This document shows positions 1-12,838 of a stretch of 64,000 nt of DNA, one piece after another. The notes under the pieces are model-generated. The model did not search any database and had not been told where the DNA came from. It was given only the letters and a program-made list of their open reading frames with translations. A program made the translations under genes and the position numbers. The stretch lies in NCBI GenBank assembly GCA_038087875.1, contig CM075995.1, positions 2,358,001 through 2,422,000 on the forward strand, written 5' to 3'. The DNA is from Malacoraja senta (taxonomy: Eukaryota). Position 1 is the first letter of the stretch, and each line of letters opens with the position of its first letter.

Positions 1-304
1 ACTGTCAACAAAATTTGGGATAATATTCATAATTGATAGAACATAGAACATAGGACAGTACACCATCGGCCTTTCGGCCCACAATGTCTGTGCTGTTCAC
101 AATGCCAAATAAACTAATCTCATCTGCCTGCACATGATCCATATCCCTCCATTCCCTGCACATCCAGTTGCCGACCTAAAAACTCTTAAACGTCACTGTT
201 GTATCTGCCTCCACCATTACTTCTGGCAGTATGTTCCAAAGATCATAGAGTGGAGTATGTTCCAGGCACCCACCACTCTTTGTGTAAACAAACTTGCCAT
301 GCAC

Positions 305-606
305 ATCTATCTTCTTCTATCTATCTATCTATCTCTACATCTATCTTCTATCTATCTTCTATCCATCCATCCATCCATCCATCCATCCATCCATCCATCC
401 ATCCATCCATCCATCCATCCATCCATCCATCCATCCATCTATCCATCCACCCATCCACCCATCCACCCATCCACCCATCCACCCATCCACCCATCCACCC
501 ATCCACCCATCCACCCATCCACCCATCCACCCATCCATCCATCCATCCATCCATCCATCCATCCATCCATCCATCCATCCACCCACCTACCTTCCTACCT
601 ACCTAT
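305..606. repeat. Compound tetranucleotide microsatellite (TCTA)n/(TCCA)n/(TCCACCCA)n
   Basis: Directly visible tandem repeats. Confidence 0.97.
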
Positions 607-608
607 CA

Positions 609-2168
609 TCTCTTTATATATAACTAAAACTGATCTTATGCTCTTCCGGTTTGCGGGGTTTTTCTACTTGCGCAAAAATGGTACACAATAGCACTACGAG
701 TTTTCGCCAGGTTACTCACCGTTCTCCTGTGCTGCGAGTGCAACAAGTTTCGTTCTGATCGGTGGTATATTGTAAAAGTTATCGTGGTTTAAAAATCTTT
801 AAAACCGCACATGCGCAGATTCCTTCAGTCAGCGCCACGCAGATTGCTCTCTTCTCCTGTCAGTCAATGCCACGGCCGGGATGGCAAAGCCCCTTCCTGC
901 CCCACCGTCGGCGGCCTGTCCCGTCTCACTCACAAACTCCTCTCTCCCCTCCTCACAGTAACTTGTCTATCGTCTACCCCACCACCGGCGGCGGCCACGA
1001 GGAGGGGGTTCAGTGGAGGCCCAGTGGAGACGCTGGTCCCGTCTCTCTCTCTCTCCCTCATTATTCACCCCTCTCCCCTGCCTGCCCTCTGCGGCAATGG
1101 CGGGTCCCGTCTACCCGTCCCCCCGAATCTGTCTCCTCTGCTGCCGCCGCTGCAGTAACTCACCCTCACGGCCCTTCTCGGAGGAGATCTTCTCCACCAG
1201 CTCATCAAAACTCGTGGTGCCCACCATGCCGAACATCGACTCCATTCCCCCCCCGGCAGCGGCAGCGAGCAGGCAGGCAGGTAGGCGGGCGGGCAGGGAC
1301 GGGCCTAGCGGTAGCAGCGGGCAGTCGGACAGGATGGGGTCAGGCCGAGCGGCGGCTGAGCCGGAGTGGGCAGAGGGAGGGAGGGAGAGTCGGTTTGCAG
1401 GGTGGTCGAACAGTTTGCGCAAAGTTTGAGTAAATCACACACACACACAAACTGGTCCAATCGTCAAGTCAACGGGATCTAAACCACAGCTAACAACGAA
1501 TGACCTGTGGAGGAAGGAACTGCAGATGCTGCTTTTTATGGAGGGAGAGGGTGACTGAGGGTAGGGGAAAGGAGAGGGAGGGAGAGGTGCGGTAGTGATT
1601 GGGGAGGAGAGGGGAAAGATCCTGGGGAGGTGAGGAGGGAGTGTGGGGGGATTGAGGGAGAGGAAGGGGTAGGGAGGGAGAGGGGGAAAGTGGGGGAGAT
1701 GAGGAGAGTGGGGGAGGAGGAGGAATAGAGAGAGAGGAGGGAGGAGTGGGGGAGGTCAGGAGGGATAGTGGGGGGGATAGGGGGAGGTGAGGAGTGGGGG
1801 ATAGAGGGATAGGAAGGGGTTGGGGGGAGAGGAGTTATGGAGGGAGGGAGTGACTGAGGGTAGGGGAAAGGAGGGGGAGGGAGAGGTGAGGAAGGGATTG
1901 GGGGAGTGGGGGTGGAGAGGGGAAAGAAGAGGGAGGGTGAAGAGGAGGGGAGGGAGTACTGGGGGATGAGGGGAAATGAGCCACGCCTGCGCAGTTGGGG
2001 GCTATGCGTGAGTGGTGGAATATTGCATTGGGGAACGGGTTGCGTTGGGGGGGGATGGGTTGCATTGGGGGAACGGGTGAGTGGTGGAATATTGTATTGG
2101 GGAACGGGTTGCGTTGGGAGACCAGGCCTCCCGCATGACAGGGACCCAACGAGTCCCACTTAGTCTCG
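609..2168 (+). mobile_element. Probable non-autonomous Helitron
   Basis: 5' a|TC followed by tatatataactaaaac. The 3' end has a hairpin GGGAC-ccaacga-GTCCC, then acttagtCTCG|t (one mismatch to CTRR). It sits between A and T with no TSD or TIR. Confidence 0.6.
1538..1980. repeat. G/A-rich low-complexity tract inside the putative Helitron
   Basis: Many G3-G7 runs, with an internal repeat ttatggaggga...gtgactgagggtaggggaaa at ~1536 and ~1835. Confidence 0.85.
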
Positions 2169-2451
2169 TCTCCTTTAAACTTGAGTCAACCGTTGTGCTT
2201 AAAGACTCTCCTTCAATTCAACAAACTTAGCACATCAAAGTCTTTCATCCAGGACCTTTGTGCTTCATACAAAACATCCCATCATATAGCGCCATCGCCC
2301 ACTGAGTTACTTCAACCCCTGGAGTGCCAGTAAACATTCAAAACATTTTTCTTCAATTTCTTTTTAAGATACTCGTGAGAACAGTTCCCCGTGGTTAAAA
2401 AAAGAAATATAAGCAATTGTTTCCTGACACATAAATCTGGACCAGTTCTTT

Positions 2452-2866
2452 AGTTTAGTTTAGTTTAGAAATCCAGCATGGAAACAATGCCCTTCGGCCC
2501 ATGGAGTCCGCGCTGACCAGCGATCCCATCGCGCTAACACTATCCTACACACACCATGGACCGAAGCCAATTAACCTACGTGGGAGAAACATAGAAACAT
2601 ATTGAAACATAGAAAGTAGGTGCAGGAGTAGGCCATTCGGCCCTTCGAGCCAGCACCGCCATTCAATATGATCATGGCTGATCATCCCCAATCAGTACCC
2701 CGTTCTTGCTTTACACCCATATCTTCCCCGGAGCTCCCGTGGAAAACCTAAGCAGGTCACGGGGAGAACGTACAAACTCCGTACAGACATCACCCGTAGT
2801 CAGGGTCGAACCCGGGTCTCTGCCGCAGTAAGACAGTAACTCTACCGCTGCACCATTGTGCCACCC
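2452..2866 (-). mobile_element. tRNA-derived V-type (HE1-like) SINE, interrupted by a CR1 3' tail at ~2586-2725
   Basis: A/B-box head, central ggagtttgtacgttctcccc domain and (aaact)n tail. Confidence 0.85.
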
Positions 2867-3828
2867 CTCATATTAAATCTGGACCTTCTGCAAGAGCGTT
2901 GATTGACTAAGGAGGTCAAGGAGGAGTATTCCACTCTTTTCCTTGATAGTCTGTCTTTGATTTGTTTTTTGCCTTCCCAGGAGTTAACATATAGCCTGCT
3001 GGTTGGGAATGTATGACTGTGATGCACCAGGAACCATCGACTATAAGCAATGTAGGACTATATGTCTGAAGAAGGGTCTCTACCTGAAAGGGATATGGAC
3101 CACATGCAGGCATGTGGGACTATTGTAGATGGGGCACGTTGGTTGACGGGGGCAAGTTTGGCTGAAGGACCTGTTTTCACACTGTGTGACTCTATGAATC
3201 ATCACCTATCCACAGTCATAGTCACACAGCATGTTAACAGGCCCTTCAGTACAACTTGCACACGCCGACATGCCTCATCTGCAGTAGTCCCACCTGCCTG
3301 AGTTTGGCCTTTATCCCTCTAAACCCATGTACCTATCCAAATATTTTTTTTAAAGTTGTGATAATGCCTGCCTCAACTACCTCCTCTGGTAGCTCATACC
3401 ATATACCACCCTTTTTGTAAAAAGGTTGCCCCCCAGGTTCCTATTAAATCTTACCCCCCTCACCTTAAACCTATGATCTCTGGTTCTTGGTTCCCCTATT
3501 CTGGGTAAAGAACTTAGCATTTAGCCGATATATTCCTCTCATGTTTCATGCACCTCCATAAGATCACCCTCATCTCCTCGCGCCCCAAGGTATAGAATCC
3601 TGGCCTGCTCAACCTCTTCCGATATCCCCTCGAGTCCTGGCAACATTCTCGTAAATCTTCTCTGCCCCTTTCAAGCTCAACAACACCTTTCCTACAACAT
3701 TGTAATTGAAACTGTAACAGGACTTCCCAACTTTTCCAGAGACTCTGTCTGACCTGCCGAGTTGCTCCAGCGTTTGTGTCCTTTGGAGGATGATTCAGAA
3801 GCGTTTTCCAAACTGAATTTTAGCGTGA

Positions 3829-4072
3829 AGGGCCTGTCCCACTTGGCGATTTTTTTCGGCGTCGTATCATTGTCGACAAAAGATTTTGAACATTTCAAAA
3901 TCCAGCGGCGACAAAAAAGTGCTTGTGACACTTGAAAAAACACCATGCGTCACACGTTGTCAAGCCGCGTCACCGCCGCGTCATACGTCGTCACGCCGCG
4001 TATTTTTCGGTGACATGATACGTCAGTCAAAGATGCCGCAGTCGTCGAAAAAATTGCCGTGGGACAGGCCCT
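3829..4072. mobile_element. PIF/Harbinger-type MITE
   Basis: TIR AGGGCCTGTCCCAC...GTGGGACAGGCCCT with tga/tta flanks; largely palindromic interior. Confidence 0.85.
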
Positions 4073-4714
4073 TTAAGATCAGAGAGAAGCAGCCGCCAGA
4101 AACAGCAAGAGCGAGTATTGGCTGAAAAAAGGTGGGTCAGAGGGAACGAAGATTTAAAAAGAGTGCCAAAGGCCCAGGTTCGAGTAATTTACAAATTAGC
4201 CCTAAAGTTGTTGATTAGGTAGCAGATAAAAATAAGTACAGCCGTAGTGGAGCGGCCTTGTTGACGTGAAGTGCCTTGTTGAGGTGAAGTGCCTTGGTGA
4301 GTAAAGTGCGAGTCTTTGGCTCGATAGCCTTAGGCGAGGAGGCTACGCTCAAAGGTGGAGAAGATGAGAGGCACAACCAATTGGGATTTGTCTACTGAAA
4401 AATGGCAGGCAAGTTGTTGCAGTGTGACTCTTGCAGGATGTGGGAAGTCAGGGACACTGCTGGTGCCTCTGACAACTACACCTGTGAAAGTTTGTCCAGG
4501 TGCAGCTCCTGAAGGACCGTGTTAGGGAACTGGAGCAGCAGCTGGATGATCTCAGGACCATCGGGGAAAACGAGAGCTTGCTGGACAGGACCTACAATGA
4601 GGTTGTTACCCCGGTGGCTGTACCTGTTGAACAGGGAGATAGGGGATCTGAATGTGTGGCTGAGGGGCTGATGCAGGGAGCAAGGATTTAGATTTATAGG
4701 CCACTGGGATCTCT

Positions 4715-5180
4715 CAAAAAGTAGTAAACACTGCCCAGTCCATCATCGGCTCTGACCTCCCTTCCATCGAGGGGATTTATCGCAGTCGCTGCCTCAAAAA
4801 GGCTGGCAGTATCATCAAGGACCCACACCATCCTGGCCACACACTCATCTCCCTGCTACCTTCAGGTAGAAGGTACAGGAGCCTGAAGACTGCAACGACC
4901 AGGTTCAGGAATAGCTACTTCACCACAGCCATCAGGCTATTAAACTTGGCTCGGACAAAACTCTGAACATTAATAACCCATTGTCTGTTATTTGCACTTT
5001 ATCAGTTTATTTATTCATGTATGTATATATTTATATAATGGTATAAGGACACACTGATCTGTTTTGTAGTCAATGCCTACTATGTTCTGTTGTGCTGAAG
5101 CAAAGCAAGAATTTCATTGTCCTATCAGGGACACATGACAATAAACTCACTTGAACTTGAACTTGAACTTGATCTTGAAC
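4715..5180 (+). mobile_element. Rex/Babar-type LINE 3' fragment nested in CR1 ORF1
   Basis: Encodes QKVVNTAQSIIGSDLPSIEGIY...RCLKKA...DPHHPGH, followed by a (gaactt)n tail. Confidence 0.75.
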
Positions 5181-5543
5181 TTCTGGGGTAGGGGTGACCT
5201 GTACAAAATGGGTAGGTTGCACCTTAACTGGAGGGGACCGACGTTCTGGCAGGCAGGTTTGCTAGTGCTACACGGGTGGGTATAAACTAAATAGCGGGAG
5301 GGAGGGGTCGACAAATTGGAAGTATAAGGATGGAGTTAAAGGGAAAGAGAGTACAGGAAAAGTTACGAAAGACAACCAAATTAATGGGACGGAAAGTTCA
5401 AGAAGGCATAAGAGAGTAAGGTCAGGTGAAATAGGAACCAGTGTGATAGGGGAAGTGAATACCAAATTAAAAGTGTTATATATGAATGTACGTAGTATAA
5501 GAAATAAAGTGGATGAGCTTGGGATTCAGTGAGAGATTGGTAA

Positions 5544-6127
5544 AGGGGCTGTCCCACTACGGCAACCTAATCCACGAGTTCTGGCGAGTTTGCCCTCGAC
5601 TCATACTCGCAGCATGGTCGACACGAGGTCCTAGGAGGTCTTTGTAAATCTCCTTCATGCTCGAGGGCAGTCCCTGCGTACTCGAGGCCTCAGCTAGGTC
5701 GCGTGTATTTTTCAACATGTTGAAAAATGCCCACGAGTAAAAAAAGGTCGCCATGGAAAAAAATTGATACTTTTTATACTCACAGGTTTAGTCAAAGTAG
5801 ATTGTGTAGTAGGTCGGCATGTTAGTCGTAGGTAATCGAGCATAGTCGAAGGTAATCAAAGGTAGTCGTAGATAGTCTTCAACATAGTCGAAGGGAGGTC
5901 GAAGGGAGGTCGAAGGAGGTCGTCTTCACTCTCCACTATTCCATGTCCAATTTTCCCGAAGCTAGTCATAGCTAGTCATAGCTAGTCAAAGCTGGTCTTC
6001 AACATAGTCGAAGGAGGTCGAAGGAGGTCTTCTACATAGTCGAAGGAGGTCTTCAACATGACATTTTTTCAACTCTCCTAAACTCTTCTAAACTCGTGAA
6101 TTAGATCGCCACAGTGAGACAGCCCCT
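5544..6127. mobile_element. PIF/Harbinger-type MITE nested in CR1 ORF2
   Basis: Perfect TAA TSD (5541-5543 and 6128-6130); TIR AGGGGCTGTCCCACT; internal gtcgaaggag tandem repeats. Confidence 0.92.
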
Positions 6128-8650
6128 TAAGTATGATGTTGTGGGAATTAAATAGACATGGCTGCAAGAGGATCAGAGCTGGGAACTGAATATTCATGGT
6201 TATATGTCCTATCGAAAAGACAGACAGGTGGGCAGAGGGGGTGGGGTAGCTCTGTTGGGAAAGAATGAAATTCAGTCCTTTGTGAAGGGTGACATAGAAT
6301 CAGAAGATGTAGTCATTGTGTTAGAACTGAGAAATTGTAAAGGCAAAAAGACCCTATTGGGAGTTATCTACAGGCCCCCAAACAGTAGCCTGGATATACT
6401 GTAGGGTGCAGGTTGCATCAGGAGTTACAATTGGCATGTAACAAAGGTGGTTATGGGAGATTTCAATATGCAGGTAGACTGGGAAAATCAGGTTGGTACT
6501 GGACCCCAAGAAAGGGAGTTTGTGGAGTGCCTCCGAGATGGATTCTTAGAGCAGCTTGTACTGGAGTCAACCAGGGAGAAGGCAATTCTGGATTTAGTGT
6601 TGTGTAATAACCGGATTTGATAAAGGGAACTCAAGGCAAAGGAATCATTAGGTGGTAGTGACCATAAAATGATAAGTTTTAATCAGCAATTTGAGAGGGA
6701 GAAGGTAAAACCAGAAGTGTCAGTATTGCAGTTGAACAAAGGGGACTATGGAGCCTTGAGGGAGGAGCTGGCTAAAGTTGACTGGAAAGGGACCCTAGCA
6801 GGGATGATGGTGGAACAGCAATGGCAGGTATTTCTGGGAATAACCCAGAAGATGCAGGATCAGTTCATTCCATAGAGGAGGAAAGATTCAAAGGGGAGTA
6901 AGAGGCTACCGTGACTTACAAGGGACAGCATACAACTAAAAGAGAAGATGTATAACATAGCAAAGATGTGCGGGAAGCCAGACAATTGGGAAACTTTTAA
7001 AGAACAATAGAAGATAACTAAAAAGGCAATATGGGGAGGAAAGATAAAGTACGAAGGTAAACTAGCCAAGAATATAAAGGAGGATAGTAAAAGCTTCTTT
7101 AGGTATGTGAAAAGACAAATCTGGTTCCCTTGACAACAGAAACAGGTGAATTTATTATGGGGAACAAGGAAATGGCAGAAGAATTGAACAGGTACTTTGG
7201 TTCTGTCTCCACTAAGGAAGACACAAACAATCTCCCAGATGTACTGGGGACAGAAGATCTAGGGTGACAGAGGAACAGAAGGAAATTCACATTAGTCAGG
7301 AAATGGTGTTGGGTAGACTGATGGGACTGGAGGCTGATAAATCCCCAGCGCCTGATGGTCTGCATCCCAGGGTGCTCAAGGAGGTGGCTCGAGAAATTTT
7401 GGACGCATTTGTAATCAATTTCCAATGTTTTATAGATTCTGGATCAGTTCCTGTGGATTGGAAGGTAACTAAAGTCAGCATGGATTTACGAAGGGGAAAT
7501 CTTGCTTGACTAATCTTCTGGAATTTTTTGAAGATGTAACAAGTAAAATGGACAAGGGAGGGCCGGTGGATGTAGTGTATCTGGACTTTCATGAAACCTT
7601 TGATAAGGTCCCACACAGATTAGTGGCAGAATTAGAGCACATTGTATTGGGGTAGGGTATTGACATGGATAGAAAATTGGTTGGCAGACAGGAAACAAAG
7701 AGTAGGGTCCCTTTCAGAATGGCATGTAGTGACTAGAGGGTGCCGCAAGGCTCGGTGCTGGGTCCGCGTTTATTTACAATTTGTATTAATGATTTAGATG
7801 AAGGAATTAAAAGTAACATTAAGAAATTTGCAGATGACACAAAGCTGGGTGGCTCAGCGGGTGAGGCACAATATCTGGAGAACATGGGCAGGTGACAGAC
7901 AGTTCCTGAACAGAATGTCACCTTTCCATGTTCTCTGGAGATGCTGCCTGACCCGCTGAGTTATTCCAGCATTTTGTGTTGTGTTTATGAAGTTTTTAAC
8001 TAGCTTGGTTCATTATTACCAGACAACCAACAGAATAAAATGTTCGACCCAAAACATTACCCATTCCTTCTCTCCAGAGATGCTTCCTGTCCCGCTGAGT
8101 TACTCCAGCATTTTGTGTCTACCTTCTAGGTGTAAACCAGCATCTGCAGTTCTTTCTTACACAGAATAAAGAGTTATCCTATCTCATTCGAGAAAGAGTC
8201 GCTGTATTACAGCGCCACCGACCCGGGTTCGATCCTGACTATGGATGCTGTCCGTACGGAGTTTGTACGTTCTCCCCGTGACCTGCGTGGGTTTTCTCCA
8301 GATGCTCCAATTTCCTCCCAAAGGCTAAAGGCTAATCGGCCTGGTAAAATTGTAAATTGTCCCTGGTGTGTGCAGGATAGTATTAGTGTGCGGGGATCGC
8401 TGGTCGGCGCAGACTCAGTTGGCCGAAGGGCCTGTTTCTGCGCTCTATCACTAAACTGAACTAAATGTCCTGTAACATAATTTCATAAAAAACAACTAAT
8501 GATATAAATGGGAGCATTCCCATTCAATAGACAATAGACAATAGGTGCAGGAGTAGGCCAATCGGCCCGTCGATCATACACTGTGATCATGGCTAATCAT
8601 CCACAATCAGTACCCCGTTCCTGCCTTCTCCAGAGGAACCAGAGGAACTA

Positions 8651-8782
8651 CCAGTCTGAAGAAGGGTCTCGACCCGAAACGTTGCCTATTTCCTTTGCTC
8701 CATAGATGCTGCCTCACCCGCTGAGTTTCTCCAGCATTTTTGTCTACCTTCGATTTTCCAGCATCTGCAGTTCCTTCTTAAA
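8651..8782 (+). mobile_element. Short Penelope-like terminal module with a hammerhead-like core
   Basis: CTGAAGA-A-GGGTC-TC-GACCC-GAAAC-GTT at 8656-8683. The same module forms the 3' end of the GIY-YIG elements in this window. Flanked by cagaggaac repeats. Confidence 0.75.
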
Positions 8783-8954
8783 CAGAGGAACCATCATGTA
8801 ACTTATCTGAAAAAAGAATTGAATCAGCGTGTATGACCGTCAGCTTAATCCTATTTGTAAGGATCAGAGAACCAAGCATATTTTGTTGCCAATTTCTGTC
8901 TTTCTACTACCAATTGAACTTTTTACAATCTATTATTTATTTTAGACACTGGTT

Positions 8955-9252
8955 TGTTAGTTTAGTTTAGTTTAGTTTAGAGATACAGCGCGAAAACAGG
9001 CTCTTCGGCCCACAGAGACCGCACCGACCTGCGATCCCCCGCACACTAAGACTACCCTGCACACAATAGGGACAATTTTACATTTACACCAAGCCAATTA
9101 ACCTACAAACCTGTACGTGCGGGAGGAAACCGAAGATCTCGGAGAAAATGCCGAAGAACGTACAAACTCCGTACAGACAGCACCCGCAGTCAGGATCGAA
9201 CCCGGGTCTCTGGCGCTGTAAGACGGCAACTCTACCGCTGCGCCACCGTGCT
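8955..9252 (-). mobile_element. tRNA-derived V-type (HE1-like) SINE
   Basis: A-box TGGCGCAGCGG, B-box GGTTCGATCC and (aaact)n tail. Confidence 0.9.
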
Positions 9253-10029
9253 AGTTTATTCTCATTCTATTTTCTACTTATGCATTCGCTGAGAACATTT
9301 ATAATATGCTGCTAGTTTAACATCCTGGGAATAATAGGTTATGGGCTGAGTGCTAGAAAATGCGATTAGTATGGATCGGTACTTCATGGCAAGAAAAGAC
9401 ACAGTGGGCTAAAGGTTCACCAAAGGTCAATGAATGATTAATTGATCAATTGAAAGATACAGCATGGAAACAGTTCCTCCGGCCCGCAGAGTCCACGCCA
9501 ACCATCGATCACACATTGACACTAGTTCTATGTTATTCCACTTTCGCTTCCACTGTCGACATAGTCGGGTCAATTTACAGAGACCAATCGACCTTAGGGA
9601 TGTGGTGGTAACTGGAGCACCCGGAGGAAACCTATGCAGTCACAGGGAGAACATGCAAACTCCACACAGACAGCACACAAGGTCAGGATCGAACGCGGGT
9701 CTCTGGCATTGCGAGGCAGCAGCTCCAACAGTTGTGCCACTGTGCCACTCCACAGGACTTGTAACCTTTGCACAGAATGCACATCTCCTGGGACACAAAG
9801 GGTCACAATTTCTTAAGTTATAGGAGCAGAATTAGGCCATTTGGCTCATCAAGTCTACTCTGCCATTGGCTCTCTGTCATGGCTGATCTTTCTTGCCCTC
9901 CTAACCCCATTCTCCTGCCTTCTCCCCATAACCCCTGACACCCGTACTAATCAAGAATCTATCAATCTCGTGGGTATCAAAAATGTTGGTTGCACAATTT
10001 AATTTGTTAACAATTATCATCATAAAATG

Positions 10030-10720
10030 TTTAGTTCAGAGATACAGCATGGAAGCAGGCCCTTCAGCCCATCAAGTACACACCGACCATTGATCACCCG
10101 TTCACACTCATTCAAAGTCATCCCCTTATTTCTCATCCACTCTGTACGTACTCCAGGCAACTTACAGAGACCAATTAACTTACAAACCCGCACGTCTTTG
10201 AGATGTGGGAGGAAACCGGAGCACCCGGAGGAAACCCACGCGGTCACAGAGAGAACGTGAAAACTGCGCACATACAGCACCGGAGGTCAGGATCGAACCA
10301 GGGTCTCTGGTGCTGTGAGGCAGCAACTCTACCAGCTGCGCCTGTGTTATGACAGCAATCTCTCTTTGTACATTCACTGTACAATCCAGGTGCATGTCTT
10401 GGTCATTGATTTGATGGTCTGTGCTGCACTGTGGGGCAGCGGCCGAGTTGCTGCCTTACAGCACCAGAGACCCAGGTTCGATCCTGACCACGGGTGCTGT
10501 CTGTACGGAGTTTGTACGTTCTCCCCGTGACCTGCGCGGGTTTTTCCACGGGATCTCCGGTTTCCTCCCACACTCCAAAGACGCACAGGGTTTGTGGGTT
10601 AATTGACATGGTATAATTGCAAATTGTCCCTAGTGTGTGTGGATCAGTATTAACGTGCGGGGGCCGTAGGTCGGCGCTGACTCGGTGGACCGAATGGCCT
10701 GTATCTCCAAACGAAACGAA
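10030..10720. mobile_element. Head-to-head pair of tRNA-derived SINEs (~10030-10345 minus, ~10420-10720 plus)
   Basis: Two SINE bodies with B-boxes in opposite orientations. Confidence 0.85.
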
Positions 10721-10873
10721 ATCCTCCCTTTTTATACCACAGATTATTTAATTGTTATTTTTAAGTAACTGAATTCTGTACAAGTGCATGAAAAATACAG
10801 ACACGTCATAATAATTAGTAACTTGTTAAACCAGTTTATAATCAGATATCATGCATTATGGAATGCTGCAGAT

Positions 10874-11073
10874 NNNNNNNNNNNNNNNNNNNNNNNNNNN
10901 NNNNNNNNNNNNNNNNNNNNNNNNNNNNNNNNNNNNNNNNNNNNNNNNNNNNNNNNNNNNNNNNNNNNNNNNNNNNNNNNNNNNNNNNNNNNNNNNNNNN
11001 NNNNNNNNNNNNNNNNNNNNNNNNNNNNNNNNNNNNNNNNNNNNNNNNNNNNNNNNNNNNNNNNNNNNNNNNN
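10874..11073. other. Assembly gap (200 N)
   Basis: Run of N, flanked on both sides by Penelope terminal-module sequence. Confidence 1.
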
Positions 11074-12838
11074 ACATCCTCCATTGCTTCTCTCCAGAGA
11101 TGCTGCCGGTCCCGCTGAGTTACTCCAGCATTTTGTGTCTATCTTCAAATGACGTCACGCGCTTCAGACGGCTGTGCGGACGCATGATGACGCACTCGAC
11201 CGTCGCGCGACCGTCTTGCATCAGTCACTACCGGCATGTGGCGTAAATGACGGCCAAGTGGGACAACTCTTTACTCCTGCACTTTATGTCCTTATAGAGT
11301 GATAGAGTTATACTAAGTCCTCCTGGACTTAACGAAATAAACATTAGACAATAGACAATAGGTGCAGGAGTAGGCCATTCTGCCCTTCGACCCAGCAATG
11401 TGATCATGGCTGATCATCCACAATCAGTATCCCGTTCCTGCCTTCTCCCCATATTCCCTGACTCCGCTATCTTTAAGAGTTCTATCCAACTCTCTCTTGA
11501 AAGCATCTGGAGAATTGGCCTCCACTGCCTTCTGAGGCAGAGAATTCCACAGATTCACAACTCTCTGGGTGAAAACGTTTTTTTTTGTGAAATGACTTCA
11601 AAGTGAATGATACTTAATACAGAAATGAGGAGAAATTTCTTCATTCAGAGGGAGACAAATCTTGGAATTCACTTGTCCTGTGAGGCCTCAACGTATGGAC
11701 TCAAGGTAGAAGCTGATAGAATCAAGACACGGGGAAATGTAGCAAAACAAGGAAAGCGACTGGAGAAAATCAACAGTCAGTTGGCATCTGTGGAGAGAAA
11801 TGGACTCGATTATACGGGACCTGAATCATCGGCTGCTCTATTTCATAAGATCATAAGATCATAGAGATAGGAGCAGAATTAGGCTGTGACGTGTTGGCCG
11901 GTGTGGGCAAGTTGGGCTGAAGTGCCTGTTTCCACACTCACTCTATGACGAACGTCTTATATAACTGCAAGATGACCTCCCAACTTTCATACTCAATAGA
12001 AGTACATGACTTCGACAGAAGATATAACAGAAAACTTCCATAGAAAAAAATGACTGTGAAAAATTTGCACTCCTTAACAGGATTCAAGTCATGCCGATAT
12101 CATTAAAATGCATTTCTCCAGAGGAAGATGCCATCCAAGGCAAAAGGAAAGGTTAAAATTAATCAATGGATCGCTCATATTAAATCCTGATCCAAATCAA
12201 TATAATATGCATAACCTCTTGGGAAGTTTTGCTTCACTCATCAGTTCAGTCAAAGTGTTTTGTTGAAGCAACATTGCAAATCGGTTATTCTGATCTGAAG
12301 GCCAAATGTCTGATTTTCATAGTTAGTTAATCTGGAAAATTGTGATATCAAATTTGAATAAATCGCATTCAGATTCCCATATCCAATTACAACCCAGCTT
12401 CCAACCAGGTGGTATGAATTCTCTAACTTCCATTGATCCTTGCATTCCCTCCCTCTCCAACCCTCCTCCACCCAAGTCGTACTGGCTTCAGTCGTCTTGT
12501 TGAGTCTCGTTTTCTGTAATTCGTTTTCACCTGACCCACAACTAGCAATGGCCTGTTTCCTTTATCATTGTTACTTTGTTTGCATATCTTTCATTCATTT
12601 GTTCTATATTTCTCTATATCACCGTCTGTATCTCTCGTTTTCCCTTTCCCCCGACTCTCAGTCTGAAGAAGGGTCTCGACCCGAAACTCTTAGGGCTAAC
12701 GGAATCAAGGGATTATGGGGAGAAAGCAGGAACGGGGTACAGATTTAGGATGATCAGCCATGATCATATTGAATGGCGGTGCTGGCTCAAAGGGCCGAAT
12801 GGCCTACTCCTGCACCTATTTTCTATGTTTCTAAACGT

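Larger units (their letters stand above)
4080..7852 (+). mobile_element. Degenerate, 3'-truncated CR1 LINE with ORF1 (zinc finger/leucine zipper and esterase remnants) and ORF2 (APE and RT remnants)
   Basis: ORF1 from ATG 4402 (QCDSCRMWE, QLLKDRVRELEQQLDDL). APE motifs GGGVAL, GVIYRPP and GDFN; RT motifs VPQGSVLGP and KFADDTK. Many frameshifts and two nested insertions. Confidence 0.9.

Noticed and set aside
134..691. ORFs with HPSI or MDGW repeats
   Set aside because: Translations of the tetranucleotide microsatellite.
1164..1245. Faint resemblance of SFDELVEK to glycine decarboxylase or VHS-domain N-termini
   Set aside because: Too short and weak to assign a gene without a search.
762..2163. 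Long Pro/Gly/Arg-rich ORFs
   Set aside because: Stop-poor GC-rich and G-run sequence inside a repeat; no domain recognised. Only the 1164-1245 segment looks exon-like.
5840..6060. Short repeats with variable spacing (gtcgaaggag, caacatagtcgaa), superficially CRISPR-like
   Set aside because: Irregular internal tandem repeats of a MITE in eukaryotic DNA; no unique spacers and no cas genes.
10784..11246. ORFs with X runs
   Set aside because: Artefacts of the N gap.
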